A stretch of 64,000 bases of DNA from assembly GCA_037439645.1 (NCBI GenBank), contig JBBIVQ010000007.1:9029-73028 (forward strand), read 5' to 3'. The stretch's first letter is position 1; each line of letters begins with the position of its first letter. Under the pieces are notes generated by a model. That model made no database searches. It had not been told where the DNA came from and saw nothing but the letters and a program-made list of their open reading frames with translations. Source of the DNA: Deltaproteobacteria bacterium (GTDB taxonomy: Bacteria > Desulfobacterota > Deferrimicrobia > Deferrimicrobiales > Deferrimicrobiaceae). Below are positions 37,111 to 47,931 of the stretch, in pieces. A program made the translations under genes and the position numbers.

Positions 37111-37895
37111 ACGCGGAAGGCGGCTGGAAGTTCGCCGCGTTCGGGAAACACCCCGGGGAGAAGGATTACATCCGCCTGGGGAGCGCGACGCCGTTGCTGG
37201 AAGGGATCGCGGAGTGGGTCGAAAAGGGATACGCGGGGATCGATGGGAAGAGGAGGGGGATGGCGGAAGCGGTGTCGTGGCGGTTCTGGACGAAGGGGAT
37301 CGGCCCCGAGGGACTTGTCTGCGGGGTCGTGCGGGATAGCGGCGACCGTCTCGGGAGGCCGTACCCGCTTCTCGTCCTCGGGACCGGGGCCTTGGCGGAC
37401 TGGGAAGGGAACTGGGATCTGCTACCGTACGCCTGCCTGACGGTATGGCAGAGGATGGAATACGCGGGAGCCCAGCGGTACGAGGAGATCGGACGATTCG
37501 AATCGGCGATCCGCGGACTGCACCCCCCAACCGCGACGTGGTCGGATTTTTCCGCCCGCAGGGAACGCGAAGCGGGTGCGATGGGAGCCCGTTCCGGAAC
37601 GGGCTCGACCGGGAAAGCGGTGCGTCGGGAGGGGGAAGAACCGGCCCCGGAAGAGACGTTCCGGTTCATCCGTATCGACGGGGGGGACGGGCACGACCCT
37701 TTCCCGGCGGCGGTCGATCGGCAGTACCGCCTTCGGCGCGATTGCGCCGATGTCCCGAACGCCGTCTTTTTCGGCGGGACGATGTCGCGGACGTACCTCG
37801 GCGTTTTCCGTAGACCCGTCGCGGCGGCCGATTTCGCACGGATCTGGAACGTGACGGAGGCGGAGGAAGGATCGTTGGAGCGGGGGGCGAACTGA
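37095..37895 (+). CDS. tagF: type VI secretion-associated protein TagF (ImpM/DUF2094 family)
   Basis: MLVPVDAEGGWKFAAFGKHPGEKDYIRLG...GRPYPLLVLG fits the TagF N-terminal pattern. Overlaps the tssM 3' end by 16 nt. The stop overlaps the tssA start. Confidence 0.7.
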   Translation: MLVPVDAEGGWKFAAFGKHPGEKDYIRLGSATPLLEGIAEWVEKGYAGIDGKRRGMAEAVSWRFWTKGIGPEGLVCGVVRDSGDRLGRPYPLLVLGTGALADWEGNWDLLPYACLTVWQRMEYAGAQRYEEIGRFESAIRGLHPPTATWSDFSARREREAGAMGARSGTGSTGKAVRREGEEPAPEETFRFIRIDGGDGHDPFPAAVDRQYRLRRDCADVPNAVFFGGTMSRTYLGVFRRPVAAADFARIWNVTEAEEGSLERGAN

Positions 37896-39454
37896 TGGAA
37901 CTCGCGGATCTCGGAAAGCAGCCGATCCGTCCCGAACAGCCGGCGGGAGACGACGTCCGGTACGATCCGATGTACGAGGAACTCCAGGCGGAGGTCGACA
38001 AGCCGCCTTCGGCGGCGGGGGGGACCGACTGGGAGAAGGTCGCGAAGATCTCCGCGGAGATCCTTTCGACGAAGTCGAAGGACCTCCTCGTCGCCTCGTA
38101 TCTCGCGATCGCCCTGATCCAGACGAAGAAGTTCGAAGGCGTCGAGATCGGATGCGGGATCTACCGGGACCTCATCGAGGGTCACTGGGATGCTCTCTTC
38201 CCGGCGAAAGCGCGCATGCGGGGACGAATCGCCGCGATCCAGTGGTGGGCCGAGAAGGCCGAGGGCGTCCTCGAACATCTGCCGAAAGGACCGTACGCAG
38301 AGGCGCGGATCAATGCGCTGAACGGGAACCTCCGGGAGGTCGATCGACTTCTCGCGGAGTACCTGGAGGATGCGCCCTCGATTCGCCCGCTCCTCGATTT
38401 CGCGGGCTCTCTCGAGGCGATCACCCCTCCGCCGGAACCGAAGGCCCCCGAACCGAAGCCGGTCTCCGCGCCTTCGCGGCCCCCGGAGGGGAGTACCGGG
38501 ACACCGGGCGCGGAGCCGTCCGTCCCGCGGGCGGAGGAGGGTCCCGTCGAGGTCACCTCCCCCGAGACGGCGCAGTCGGTCCTCGGAAAGGCGCTGGGAG
38601 ACCTTGCCCGCGTGGCCGATTATTACCGGGAGGAGAGCTTGTCGAACGCGGCGGCGTTCCGTCTGGCCCGGGTGGCGGCGTGGAGCGCGGTGGAATCCCT
38701 CCCGCCTTCGGAGGACGGACGGACGAATCTACCCGCGCCGTACGCGGCCGATACTCTCCGCGGGCTTCTCGAAGCGGGGCAGGACGAAGCCCTCGCGAGG
38801 GCCGCGGAACAGAATCTCATAGAGAACGTCGTCTGGCTGGACCTGAACTTCTGGTCCTCGGAAGCGTTGGATCGCATGGGGGAAGGGTATGAATCCGCGG
38901 CCGAGGCGATCCGCCAGGAGACCGCGCACCTGCTGCGCCGCCTCCCCGGCCTTGAGGAGCTGAAATTCGACGACGGCACCCCGTTCGCCGCGGACGAAAC
39001 CCGCGCGTGGCTCAAAGGATTGTCGGCGGGCGCCGGAGGAGCGGGGGGAGGGTCCGGAGCCGCCGCCGCGGACCCGTCCGCGAAGGGGGTCCGCCAGGCC
39101 CGCGAACTGGTCGCCGAGGGCCGGGTCGCGGAGGCGGCCCGGAGGGTGCAGCAGGGGCTGCGCGGGGGCGCGTCGCGGAAAGACGCGTTCCACTGGAGGA
39201 TCGCACTCTGCGCTCTTCTCGTCGAGACGTCCGAAGCGCGCCACGCGTTGCCGCACATCGAGGAGATCCTGAAGGAGATCGACCACTTCCGACTCGAGGA
39301 GTTCGATCCCGAGCTCGCATTGAAGGGGCTGAAGGCCGCCTGGGCCGCATTCCGGGCCAACGAGGGCCTCGTGCCGGAGGAGAGGCTGGTGGAGATCCAG
39401 GGGCGGATCGCGAGGGTGGACGTATCCGCGGCGATGTCCCTCGGAGGCGAATAA
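37895..39454 (+). CDS. tssA: type VI secretion system protein TssA (ImpA N-terminal domain)
   Basis: MELADLGKQPIRPEQPAGDDVRYDPMYEELQAEVDK...DWEKVAKISAEILSTKSKDLLVASYLAIALIQ is an ImpA_N domain. Confidence 0.85.
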   Translation: MELADLGKQPIRPEQPAGDDVRYDPMYEELQAEVDKPPSAAGGTDWEKVAKISAEILSTKSKDLLVASYLAIALIQTKKFEGVEIGCGIYRDLIEGHWDALFPAKARMRGRIAAIQWWAEKAEGVLEHLPKGPYAEARINALNGNLREVDRLLAEYLEDAPSIRPLLDFAGSLEAITPPPEPKAPEPKPVSAPSRPPEGSTGTPGAEPSVPRAEEGPVEVTSPETAQSVLGKALGDLARVADYYREESLSNAAAFRLARVAAWSAVESLPPSEDGRTNLPAPYAADTLRGLLEAGQDEALARAAEQNLIENVVWLDLNFWSSEALDRMGEGYESAAEAIRQETAHLLRRLPGLEELKFDDGTPFAADETRAWLKGLSAGAGGAGGGSGAAAADPSAKGVRQARELVAEGRVAEAARRVQQGLRGGASRKDAFHWRIALCALLVETSEARHALPHIEEILKEIDHFRLEEFDPELALKGLKAAWAAFRANEGLVPEERLVEIQGRIARVDVSAAMSLGGE

Positions 39455-39539
39455 GGCGTTGAAATGCACCTCGATGAAAGGAGGCGGCGCAGGTTCGGGA
39501 ACCGCGTATCACGGATAAATCCTGATGAAGGAGGTTCGT

Positions 39540-40025
39540 ATGGCGAAGGAAGGAACGGTTGCTCCGCGGGAACGGGTCAACATCACGTACCGCCCGGCGA
39601 CGGGCGACGCGAAGGAGGACGTCGAGCTTCCGCTCAAACTCCTGGTGATGGGAGATTTCACGGGAGCCCCCGACGACCGGCCGCTGGAGAAACGGGAGCC
39701 GGTGAACATCGACAAGGACAACTTCGACGACGTCCTGAAGGCCCAGAAGCTCGGTCTCAACATCAACGTGCCCAACCGGTTGTCCGGGAAGGAAGGCGAC
39801 GAGATGAGCGTCAAGCTCAACATCGCGTCGATGAAGGATTTCGGCCCGGAGTCGGTGGCCGAACAGGTCCCCGAGCTCAAGAAGCTCCTCGAGCTGCGCG
39901 AGGCCGTAAAGTCCTTGAAGAGCCCGTTGTCGAACGTCCCCGAGTTCCGGAAGAAGATCCAGGAACTCGTGAAGGACGAATCCGCCCGGAAGCAGTTGCT
40001 CAAAGAAGTCGGGATCGAGGAATAG
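39540..40025 (+). CDS. tssB: type VI secretion system contractile sheath small subunit TssB
   Basis: AAGGAGG RBS, ATG at 39540. MAKEGTVAPRERVNITYRPATGDAKEDVELPLKLLVMGDFTG is canonical TssB/VipA. Confidence 0.9.
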   Translation: MAKEGTVAPRERVNITYRPATGDAKEDVELPLKLLVMGDFTGAPDDRPLEKREPVNIDKDNFDDVLKAQKLGLNINVPNRLSGKEGDEMSVKLNIASMKDFGPESVAEQVPELKKLLELREAVKSLKSPLSNVPEFRKKIQELVKDESARKQLLKEVGIEE

Positions 40026-40035
40026 GAGGCCATCG

Positions 40036-41520
40036 ATGGCGACAGAAAAGGAAAAGGGCAGGCAGGCGGATGTGCAGGTAGCGGAAGGGGCGTCGCTCCT
40101 CGACGAGATCGTCCAGGCGACGAAGATCAGTCCGCAGGACGAGGCGTACTCGATCGCCCGCCGCGGCGTCGAGGCGTTCCTCCACCAGATTCTCGAACCG
40201 GGGAAGGAGGCCGCGAAGATCTCGGGGGCCGTCCTCGACCAGATGGTCGCCGAGGTCGACAAGAAGCTCTCCCTCCAGATCGACGCGATCATGCACGCCG
40301 CGGAGTTCAAGAGTCTCGAGTCGGCGTGGCGCTCCATGAAATACCTCGTGGACAAGACCGATTTCCGCGAGAACATCAAGGTCGAGCTCCTGAACGTGAG
40401 CAAGGAGAACCTTCTCGAGGACTTCGAGGACTCCCCCGAGGTGGTCAAGTCCGGCCTTTACAAGATCGCCTACACCGCCGAGTTCGGACAGTTCGGCGGC
40501 CAGCCGTACGGCGCGATGGTCGCGAATTACGAGTTCGGCCCGGGGCCGCAGGACGTCAAGCTCCTCCAGTACGCCGCGAGCGTCGCCGCGATGTCCCACG
40601 CGCCCTTCATCGCCTCCGCCGGTCCCGGTTTCTTCGGGCTGACCGACATTTCGAACCTTCCGAACCTGAAGGACCTCAAGTCGATCTTCGAAAGCCCGCA
40701 ATACACGAAGTGGCGGTCGTTCCGCGAGAGCGAGGACGCCCGCTACGTGGCGCTCACCATGCCGCGGTTTCTCCTGCGGCTCCCGTACGGGCCCGAGACG
40801 GTGCCCGTCAAGAAGTTCAACTACCAGGAGGACGTCTCCCAGGGCCATGATCTTTACACCTGGGGAAACGCCGCGTTCGCCTTCGCCTCGCGCCTCACCG
40901 ACAGCTTCGCGAAGTACCGGTGGTGCGCCAACATCATCGGGCCCGCCGGCGGCGGGGCGGTCGAGGATCTTCCCCTACACCAGTTCCAGTCCATGGGCGC
41001 GACGCAGACGAAGATCCCGACGGAAGTCCTCGTCTCCGAGCGGCGGGAGTTCGAGCTCGCGGAGGAAGGGTTCATCGCCCTGACGATGCGCAAGGGGAGC
41101 GACAACGCCGCCTTCTTCTCCGCGAACTCCGTCCAGAAGCCGAAGTTCTTCGGGATCAGCAAGGCAGGGAAGGAGGCGGAGCTCAACTACAAGCTCGGCA
41201 TGCAGCTTCCGTACATGTTCGTCATCAACCGCCTTGCGCACTACCTCAAGGTGCTCCAGAGGGAGAACATCGGGACGTGGAAAGACCGCATGGAACTGCA
41301 GACGGAGCTCAACACCTGGATCGGCCAGTACGTGTCCGACATGGAGGCCCCTTCGGCCGCCGCCCGGAGCCGCCGCCCGCTCAAGATGGCCGAGGTCACG
41401 GTGGACGAGGTCGCCGGGGAGCCGGGCTGGTACCGGGTCGGCCTTAAGGTCCGCCCGCACTTCAAGTTCATGGGGGCGTTCTTCACCCTCTCGCTCGTCG
41501 GTAAGCTGGACAAGCAGTGA
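40036..41520 (+). CDS. tssC: type VI secretion system contractile sheath large subunit TssC
   Basis: 494 aa. TssC/VipB-type sequence throughout (AIMHAAEFKSLESAWRSMKYLV, PRFLLRLPYG, ...). Confidence 0.95.
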   Translation: MATEKEKGRQADVQVAEGASLLDEIVQATKISPQDEAYSIARRGVEAFLHQILEPGKEAAKISGAVLDQMVAEVDKKLSLQIDAIMHAAEFKSLESAWRSMKYLVDKTDFRENIKVELLNVSKENLLEDFEDSPEVVKSGLYKIAYTAEFGQFGGQPYGAMVANYEFGPGPQDVKLLQYAASVAAMSHAPFIASAGPGFFGLTDISNLPNLKDLKSIFESPQYTKWRSFRESEDARYVALTMPRFLLRLPYGPETVPVKKFNYQEDVSQGHDLYTWGNAAFAFASRLTDSFAKYRWCANIIGPAGGGAVEDLPLHQFQSMGATQTKIPTEVLVSERREFELAEEGFIALTMRKGSDNAAFFSANSVQKPKFFGISKAGKEAELNYKLGMQLPYMFVINRLAHYLKVLQRENIGTWKDRMELQTELNTWIGQYVSDMEAPSAAARSRRPLKMAEVTVDEVAGEPGWYRVGLKVRPHFKFMGAFFTLSLVGKLDKQ

Positions 41521-41552
41521 CAACCACCAAAAAGGAACCGGAGGGATAGGCC

Positions 41553-42056
41553 ATGGCATTGAACGCTTACCTGAGTATGAAAGGACAGAAAACTGGAGAC
41601 GTCAAGGGGTCGGTCACGCAGAAGGGCCGTGAAGGCAAGATGATGGTCATCGCATACGAGCACGACATCGTGACCCCCCGGGATCCCGCCTCGGGGCTCC
41701 CGACGGGGAAGCGGCAGCACAAGCCGCTCATGATCCTGAAGGAGGTCGACAAGGCCACGCCCCTTCTCTACAACATTCTGGTCAACAACGAGAACATCCC
41801 GACATGGAAGCTCGAGTTCTGGACGCCCCAGATCAAGGCGGCGACGGGGGTCGGGAGCGAGGTCCAGCACTTCACGATCGAGCTCCAGAACGCCAATATC
41901 TGCCAGATCCAGCAGTACATGCTTAACAACAAGGACCCCGAGTTCATGAAATACGCGACAAGCGAGAGGGTCTACTTCACGTACCAGAAGATCACGTGGA
42001 CCTGGGTCGACGGCGGTATTACCGCCGAGGACGATTGGGAGACGCCGAACGCGTGA
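41553..42056 (+). CDS. hcp: type VI secretion system tube protein Hcp
   Basis: 167 aa. MALNAYLSMKGQKTGDVKGSVTQKGREGKMMVIAYEHDIVTPRD is a typical Hcp N-terminus. Confidence 0.9.
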   Translation: MALNAYLSMKGQKTGDVKGSVTQKGREGKMMVIAYEHDIVTPRDPASGLPTGKRQHKPLMILKEVDKATPLLYNILVNNENIPTWKLEFWTPQIKAATGVGSEVQHFTIELQNANICQIQQYMLNNKDPEFMKYATSERVYFTYQKITWTWVDGGITAEDDWETPNA

Positions 42057-42080
42057 TCGCCTGATCGACAGGGTCGCGGC

Positions 42081-42497
42081 ATGAAGGAAGAACGGCTTCT
42101 GGAACGGGTGAGAAACTGCGAGAGGGACTCCGCGCGGCGCGGCGTTGAGGATCCGCAGAGGATCAGCGATTCGGTCCTCGAGCATCTAAGGCGGATCCTC
42201 AACACGCGCCAGGGGTGCGTCCCGATCGCCGACGACTACGGCGTCCCGGAGTTCACGGAGTACCTCCACCTCGGCGCGGAGGTGTACCGGGAACTCGAGA
42301 AGGTTCTCCGGACCACCATCCAGAAGTACGAGCCCCGCCTCAAGGGGGTGCGGGTCACCTTCATCCCGGAGGAGGAGGATCGCCTCGCCCTCCAGCTGCA
42401 GTTCCACGTCGTCGCGAAGCTGGCGAGCGATCCCCGGCTCCAGGTCCAGTTCCAGACGTCGATCGACGGCAACGGCCAGATCCGCATGAAGGATTGA
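42081..42497 (+). CDS. tssE: type VI secretion system baseplate protein TssE (gp25-like)
   Basis: 138 aa. SVLEHLRRILNTRQGCVPIADDYGVPEF is a gp25/GPW lysozyme-like motif. Confidence 0.85.
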   Translation: MKEERLLERVRNCERDSARRGVEDPQRISDSVLEHLRRILNTRQGCVPIADDYGVPEFTEYLHLGAEVYRELEKVLRTTIQKYEPRLKGVRVTFIPEEEDRLALQLQFHVVAKLASDPRLQVQFQTSIDGNGQIRMKD

Positions 42498-42525
42498 GAC
42501 GAACAGGGAAGGATACGGCGAGCGG

Positions 42526-44259
42526 ATGTTCAACAGGTATTACCAGCAGGAGCTGAACGCCCTCCGGGAGCTCGGGTCGGAGTTCTCGCGGATGCACCCG
42601 GCCCTCGCCCCGATGCTCAGCGGTCCGGCCTCCGATCCGGACGTCGAGCGTCTCCTCGAAGGGGTCGCGTTCCTCACGGGGCTTTTGCGGCAGAAGCTCG
42701 ACGACGAGTTCCCGGAGATCGTCCACAGCCTGACGAACCTCCTTTGGCCGCACTACCTGAAACCGATCCCCTCCACCACGATGGTCGCGTTTTCGCCGAA
42801 AGCCACGTTGAAGCAGACCACCCGGATCCCCGCGGGGATCCACCTGGCGTCGGTACCGATCGGCGGGACTTCGTGCATCTACCGGACAACCTCCGACGTC
42901 GAGATGCACCCGCTTGCCCTGCTCGACGCATCCTTTCAGCAGATTTCCGGGAGACCGCCGGAGATCAAGCTCCTGTTCGAGCTTTCCGGGCTGAAGCTCG
43001 ACGCGTGGAGACCGGAGTCGCTCCGGTTGTACCTCGCCGGGGAATATTCCGCCGCGACCGACCTGTACCTGGCGTTGTGCAGGCACCTGCGCGGGGTCGT
43101 CCTTTCACCCGTGGGAAAGGGCGCCCCGGCGTCGCTGGAGCCGGAGTGCCTGAAACCGGGCGGATTCGGGGACGATGAGCCCCTCTTCCGATATCCGCAC
43201 CGCTCCTTCTCCGGGTACCGGATCCTGCAGGAGTATTTCCTCGCCCCGGAGAAATTCCTCTTCGTCGACCTTACCGGGTTGGATCGGTGGGAGAAGCGGG
43301 GAGAGGGGAACCGGTTCGAGGTCCGGTTCGAACTGGGGGATTTTCCGTTTCCGCCGCCGCGCGTGCGGAAGGAAAGCATCGCCCTTCACGTCACGCCGGC
43401 GGTGAACCTGTTCGCCCACGAGGCGGATCCGATCCTGCTGGATCATCGCCAGTCCGCCTACCTTGTCCGTCCCTCGGGGGGAAACTCCGCCGATCTCCAG
43501 GTCTACTCGGTCGATCGCGTCGCGGGCTTCGTGCAGGGAACGGCGCAGGAGCGCCCGTACGCGCCGTTCGAGGCGTTCAATCCCGAGCTCCGGGAGGTGG
43601 CGAGCTACCACACGATGCTGCGGGCCTCTCCGGCGGGGAAGGGGCAGGACGTCTACCTCGAGGTCGCCTACCCCCCGCAGGCGGGGACACCGGTGACCGA
43701 AACGCTTTCGATCCGACTGACCTGCACGAACGGCTCCCTCGCGGACAGCCTCAAGGCGGGGGACATCCGGATGGCGACGGCGGATTCGCCCGAGTACGCG
43801 GAGTTCACGAACCTCACCCAGCCTACGCCCGGCGCGGTGCCGGGCCTGGAGGGGAAGATCCTGTGGCGGCTCGTGTCCCATCTCGGATTGAACTACCGGT
43901 CCCTTGGCAGCAAGGAAAACCTGAAGGCGATCCTCGACCTGTACCTGCTGTCGGAGGGGCGGGACCGGGCGGTCACCCAGGCGAACCGGAAACGGATCGA
44001 CGGGATCCAGGAGGTGGAATCCGCCGGTGCGGACCGGATCGTCTCCGGCACGCCGATCCGCGGGCAGGAGTTCCTCCTCTCCCTCCGGCAGGACCACTAC
44101 GCGGGCCCCGGCGACCTGTTCCTCTTCGGCTGCGTTCTCGATCACTTTCTCGGCTGTTACGCCTCGATCAACCATTTCACCCGCACCACCGTGCGAGAGG
44201 TGATGAAGGGAGACGTGTACCGATGGCCGGCCCGGATCGGAAAACGGCTCTTGATCTGA
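42526..44259 (+). CDS. tssF: type VI secretion system baseplate protein TssF
   Basis: MFNRYYQQELNALRELGSEFSRMHPALAPML is the canonical TssF N-terminus. 577 aa. Confidence 0.9.
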   Translation: MFNRYYQQELNALRELGSEFSRMHPALAPMLSGPASDPDVERLLEGVAFLTGLLRQKLDDEFPEIVHSLTNLLWPHYLKPIPSTTMVAFSPKATLKQTTRIPAGIHLASVPIGGTSCIYRTTSDVEMHPLALLDASFQQISGRPPEIKLLFELSGLKLDAWRPESLRLYLAGEYSAATDLYLALCRHLRGVVLSPVGKGAPASLEPECLKPGGFGDDEPLFRYPHRSFSGYRILQEYFLAPEKFLFVDLTGLDRWEKRGEGNRFEVRFELGDFPFPPPRVRKESIALHVTPAVNLFAHEADPILLDHRQSAYLVRPSGGNSADLQVYSVDRVAGFVQGTAQERPYAPFEAFNPELREVASYHTMLRASPAGKGQDVYLEVAYPPQAGTPVTETLSIRLTCTNGSLADSLKAGDIRMATADSPEYAEFTNLTQPTPGAVPGLEGKILWRLVSHLGLNYRSLGSKENLKAILDLYLLSEGRDRAVTQANRKRIDGIQEVESAGADRIVSGTPIRGQEFLLSLRQDHYAGPGDLFLFGCVLDHFLGCYASINHFTRTTVREVMKGDVYRWPARIGKRLLI

Positions 44260-45251
44260 AGCTCGACCTTCTGAAGCAGGGGCACGGGTTCTCCTTCTTC
44301 CAGGCGCTGCGGCTCCTGCGCCGGTGCGGCGGCGCCGGCGAAGAATCCCCCGGGGAGCGGGAGGGCGCGGGGATGGATCTTCGGATCCGCCCGGACCTTT
44401 CCCTCGGGTTCCCGGCGTCCGATGTCGCCCGGATCGAGGAGACCCCGGCGGGGCCCGCAGGCTGCCGGGTGACGGTCTCCTTCCTCGGACTCTACGGCGC
44501 ATCGTCCCCCCTCCCCACGTTCTACACCGAGGACCTGATCGACGAGCAGCTCGCCGATGCGACGACGACCCGCGACTTCCTCGACATCTTCCATCACCGG
44601 ATCTATCTTCTCCTCTTCCGCTGCTGGTCGAAATACCGTCCGTTCGTCAAGGTCGTCGAGGAGGAGTCTCCGGAGGATATCGAGAAGCTGTTCTGCCTGA
44701 TGGGACTCGGCGAGACGGAGCTGCGAAGGGTCGCCGGGGGCCCGTACGGCCTTCTGCGCTACCTCGGCCTGTTCACGCAGCATCCGCGCTCCGCGGCGGG
44801 GCTCGAGGGGATGCTTCGGGACGCCCTCGGGGGTCCCCCGGTCGAACTCATCCCCTGCATGCTCCGGAAGGCGCGGATCCCGCCGGACCAGAGGGCCGTT
44901 CTCGGGGAGACCGGAGGGTCGCTCGGCGAGGACTGTTTCCTCGGTGACGAAATCGACGATCGGATGGGCAAGTTCCGGATCCGGATCGGCCCCCTCGACG
45001 CAGACCGGTTCGACTCCCTCCTCCCGGGAAGACCTTCGCACCACCGTGTGGCGGCGATGATCGACCTGTACCTCACGGACCCTCTCGAATTCGATCTGGA
45101 ACTCGTCCTCGCGGGAGGGGAAGCGACGACCGCATGTCTGGGAGGGGATCGCTGGTCGGCACTCGGGCTCGACACCTGGTCGTTCTCGGGGGAGATGCTT
45201 GACGAAGCGGGGGTCGCATTCCCTCCGCAACCCCTTACGGAGGTCGCGTAG
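44223..45251 (+). CDS. tssG: type VI secretion system baseplate protein TssG
   Basis: Overlaps the tssF 3' end. GHGFSFFQALRLLRR...TVSFLGLYGASSPLPTFYTEDLI is TssG-typical. Confidence 0.85.
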   Translation: MAGPDRKTALDLKLDLLKQGHGFSFFQALRLLRRCGGAGEESPGEREGAGMDLRIRPDLSLGFPASDVARIEETPAGPAGCRVTVSFLGLYGASSPLPTFYTEDLIDEQLADATTTRDFLDIFHHRIYLLLFRCWSKYRPFVKVVEEESPEDIEKLFCLMGLGETELRRVAGGPYGLLRYLGLFTQHPRSAAGLEGMLRDALGGPPVELIPCMLRKARIPPDQRAVLGETGGSLGEDCFLGDEIDDRMGKFRIRIGPLDADRFDSLLPGRPSHHRVAAMIDLYLTDPLEFDLELVLAGGEATTACLGGDRWSALGLDTWSFSGEMLDEAGVAFPPQPLTEVA

Positions 45252-47897
45252 ATGATCACCGTCGATATCAAGACTCTCATTTCCCGGCTGGGTCCGTTCT
45301 GCACGAGAGCGCTGGAAGGGGCGGCCGGCCTGTGCGTCGGGAGGAGCCACTACGAGGTCACGGTCGAGCATCTCCTCGTGAAGTTCCTCGAGGAGCCGCA
45401 ATCCGACATCCCCCTCGTTCTTCGGCAGTTCAACCTCGACGCAGGCCAGGTGCGGCAGGCGGTCGAGCAGTGCATCGAAGGATTCCGGACCGGGAACGCC
45501 GGGAAGCCGGTCTTCTCTCCCACACTCCTCGAATGGATCCAGGAGGGATGGCTGATCGCATCGGTCGATCTCTCGGAGACGCGGATCCGGTCCGGGGCGC
45601 TGCTGCTCGCGCTCCTCGCCCGTCCGATCCAGTTCGGGACGGGGAAATACACGGACCTGCTTCAGGAGATCGGACGCGAGAATCTCCTGGCGCAGTTCGG
45701 GACGGTCGCGAAGGCGTCGATGGAAACGCCGTCGGCCGACGAACGGCAGAAGATGCGGGAAGGGTCGGCGCCCGCCGGCGACGGCAACGCGATCGCGCGA
45801 TTCTGCACGGACTTTACAGCGAAGGCGAAAGCGGGAGAGATCGACCCGGTCTTCGGGCGCGACCGGGAGATCCACCAGATGATCGACATCCTCGCGCGGC
45901 GCAGGAAGAACAACCCGATCGTCGTGGGGGAAGCCGGCGTCGGCAAGACCGCGGTGGTCGAGGGGCTCGCGCTGCGGGTGGTGGAAGGGGACGTGCCGGA
46001 CCTGCTGAAGGACGTCGCGATTCTCGGGTTGGACATGGGCCTCCTCCAGGCGGGAGCCGGCGTCAAGGGGGAGTTCGAGAACCGGTTGAAGGGGGTGATC
46101 AACGAGATCAAGGCGTCTCCCAGGCCGATCATCCTGTTCATCGACGAGGCGCACACCCTGATCGGGGCCGGCGGCCCGGCGGGCGGGGGCGACGCCGCGA
46201 ACCTGCTGAAGCCGGCCCTTGCCCGGGGGGAGTTGCGGACGGTCGCGGCGACGACCTGGTCCGAGTACAAGAAGTATTTCGAAAAGGACCCGGCGCTGGC
46301 CCGCCGTTTCCAGCTCGTGAAGCTGGACGAGCCGTCGGTGGAAACGGCGGTGCTGATCCTGCGCGGCGTCAAGGACAAGTACGAGAAGGCGCACGGCGTC
46401 GTGATCCGGGACGACGCGGTGGTTTCGGCCGCCGAGCTTTCCAGCCGCTACATCTCCGGGCGGCAGCTCCCCGACAAGGCGGTGGACCTGCTCGACACCA
46501 GCGCTGCGCGCGTCAAGATCTCCCTCTCCGCCAAGCCGGACGTGATCGAGGACCGCGAGCGCGCGGTGCAGGCCCTCGAGCGGCAGAAAACGGCGATCGA
46601 GCGGGACAAGGTCCACGGGATCGCCGTCGACGAGGAGAAGCTCGCCGTGACGATCGCGAAGATCGCGGAGGAGAAGGCCGGGATCGACGCCCTCATCGCG
46701 CGTTGGAAGAGGGAGCAGGAGGCCGTCCGGCTCGTCCTCGATCTGCGGAAGGAGATCTACGAACTGTCGACCGGTGATGGAACGGAGGCGAGGCGGGGCG
46801 AGCTCCAGGGGAGGTTCGACGCGGCATCGCTGGATCTCGAGGCGGCGCGGGAAGGGTCACCGCTCCTGCGCATCGAGGTCGACCCGGACGTCGTCTCGAA
46901 GGTCGTCTCCGACTGGACCGGTGTGCCCCTCGGGAAGATGCTCCAGGACGAGGCCGACAGCGTCGTGCGGCTCGAGGAGAACCTGAAGAAGCGGATCAAG
47001 GGGCAGGACGAGGGAATCACCGTGATCGGCGAGGGGCTCCGGTCCTCCAAGGCCGGGCTCGCCGATCCGCACCAGCCGATGGGGGTCTTCCTGCTGGTGG
47101 GCCCCAGCGGCGTCGGCAAGACCGAGACCGGGCTCGCGGTGGCGGATCTCCTCTTCGGCGGCGACCGGTTCATGGTCACCATCAACATGAGCGAATTCCA
47201 GGAAAAACACACGCTGAGCCGGCTGATCGGCTCTCCACCGGGGTATGTCGGGTACGGTGAGGGAGGAGTATTGACGGAGGCCGTTCGACAGCGGCCGTAC
47301 TCCGTCGTCCTGCTCGACGAGGTCGAGAAGGCGGACCTCGACGTCATGAACCTCTTCTACCAGGTCTTCGACAAGGGGATGCTCTCCGACGGCGAGGGGC
47401 GCGTCATCGATTTCCGGAACACGGTGCTCTTCCTGACCAGCAACCTCGCGACCGACGTGATCACCCAACTCTGCGCGAACGGGGCCCGTCCGCCGCTCGA
47501 AACGGTCATGGCCGCGATCCGCCCCGTCCTCAGCCACCATTTCAAGCCCGCGCTTCTCGCCCGAATGAACATCGTCCCGTTCTATACGCTGGACGCGAAA
47601 TACATGGGTGACATCGTCCGGTTGAAGCTCGACCGGCTGGCGGCCCGGATGGCGGAGAACAACAAGATCCGGTTCGTCTACGCTCCCGAGGTCGTCGAGC
47701 GGATCGCGGCGCGCTGCACCGAGGTCGAGACGGGAGCCAGGAACATCGATCACATCCTGCGGGGGACGGTCCTTCCGCAGATGTCGAGGGAGTTGCTGGG
47801 ACGGATGGGACGTGGGTCCCTTCCTTCCGAGGTTCGCCTCTGCGTGACGGAAGACGGTTCGTTCCGGGTCGATTTCGGGGAGCCGGGGATCGCGTGA
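45252..47897 (+). CDS. clpV: type VI secretion system ATPase ClpV (TssH)
   Basis: 881 aa, two AAA+ modules (GEAGVGKT..., GPSGVGKTE...). ClpV-type N-domain. Confidence 0.95.
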   Translation: MITVDIKTLISRLGPFCTRALEGAAGLCVGRSHYEVTVEHLLVKFLEEPQSDIPLVLRQFNLDAGQVRQAVEQCIEGFRTGNAGKPVFSPTLLEWIQEGWLIASVDLSETRIRSGALLLALLARPIQFGTGKYTDLLQEIGRENLLAQFGTVAKASMETPSADERQKMREGSAPAGDGNAIARFCTDFTAKAKAGEIDPVFGRDREIHQMIDILARRRKNNPIVVGEAGVGKTAVVEGLALRVVEGDVPDLLKDVAILGLDMGLLQAGAGVKGEFENRLKGVINEIKASPRPIILFIDEAHTLIGAGGPAGGGDAANLLKPALARGELRTVAATTWSEYKKYFEKDPALARRFQLVKLDEPSVETAVLILRGVKDKYEKAHGVVIRDDAVVSAAELSSRYISGRQLPDKAVDLLDTSAARVKISLSAKPDVIEDRERAVQALERQKTAIERDKVHGIAVDEEKLAVTIAKIAEEKAGIDALIARWKREQEAVRLVLDLRKEIYELSTGDGTEARRGELQGRFDAASLDLEAAREGSPLLRIEVDPDVVSKVVSDWTGVPLGKMLQDEADSVVRLEENLKKRIKGQDEGITVIGEGLRSSKAGLADPHQPMGVFLLVGPSGVGKTETGLAVADLLFGGDRFMVTINMSEFQEKHTLSRLIGSPPGYVGYGEGGVLTEAVRQRPYSVVLLDEVEKADLDVMNLFYQVFDKGMLSDGEGRVIDFRNTVLFLTSNLATDVITQLCANGARPPLETVMAAIRPVLSHHFKPALLARMNIVPFYTLDAKYMGDIVRLKLDRLAARMAENNKIRFVYAPEVVERIAARCTEVETGARNIDHILRGTVLPQMSRELLGRMGRGSLPSEVRLCVTEDGSFRVDFGEPGIA

Positions 47898-47931
47898 TGG
47901 CGAAGGACCGGACCGCCCGGGGGGTCGAAGG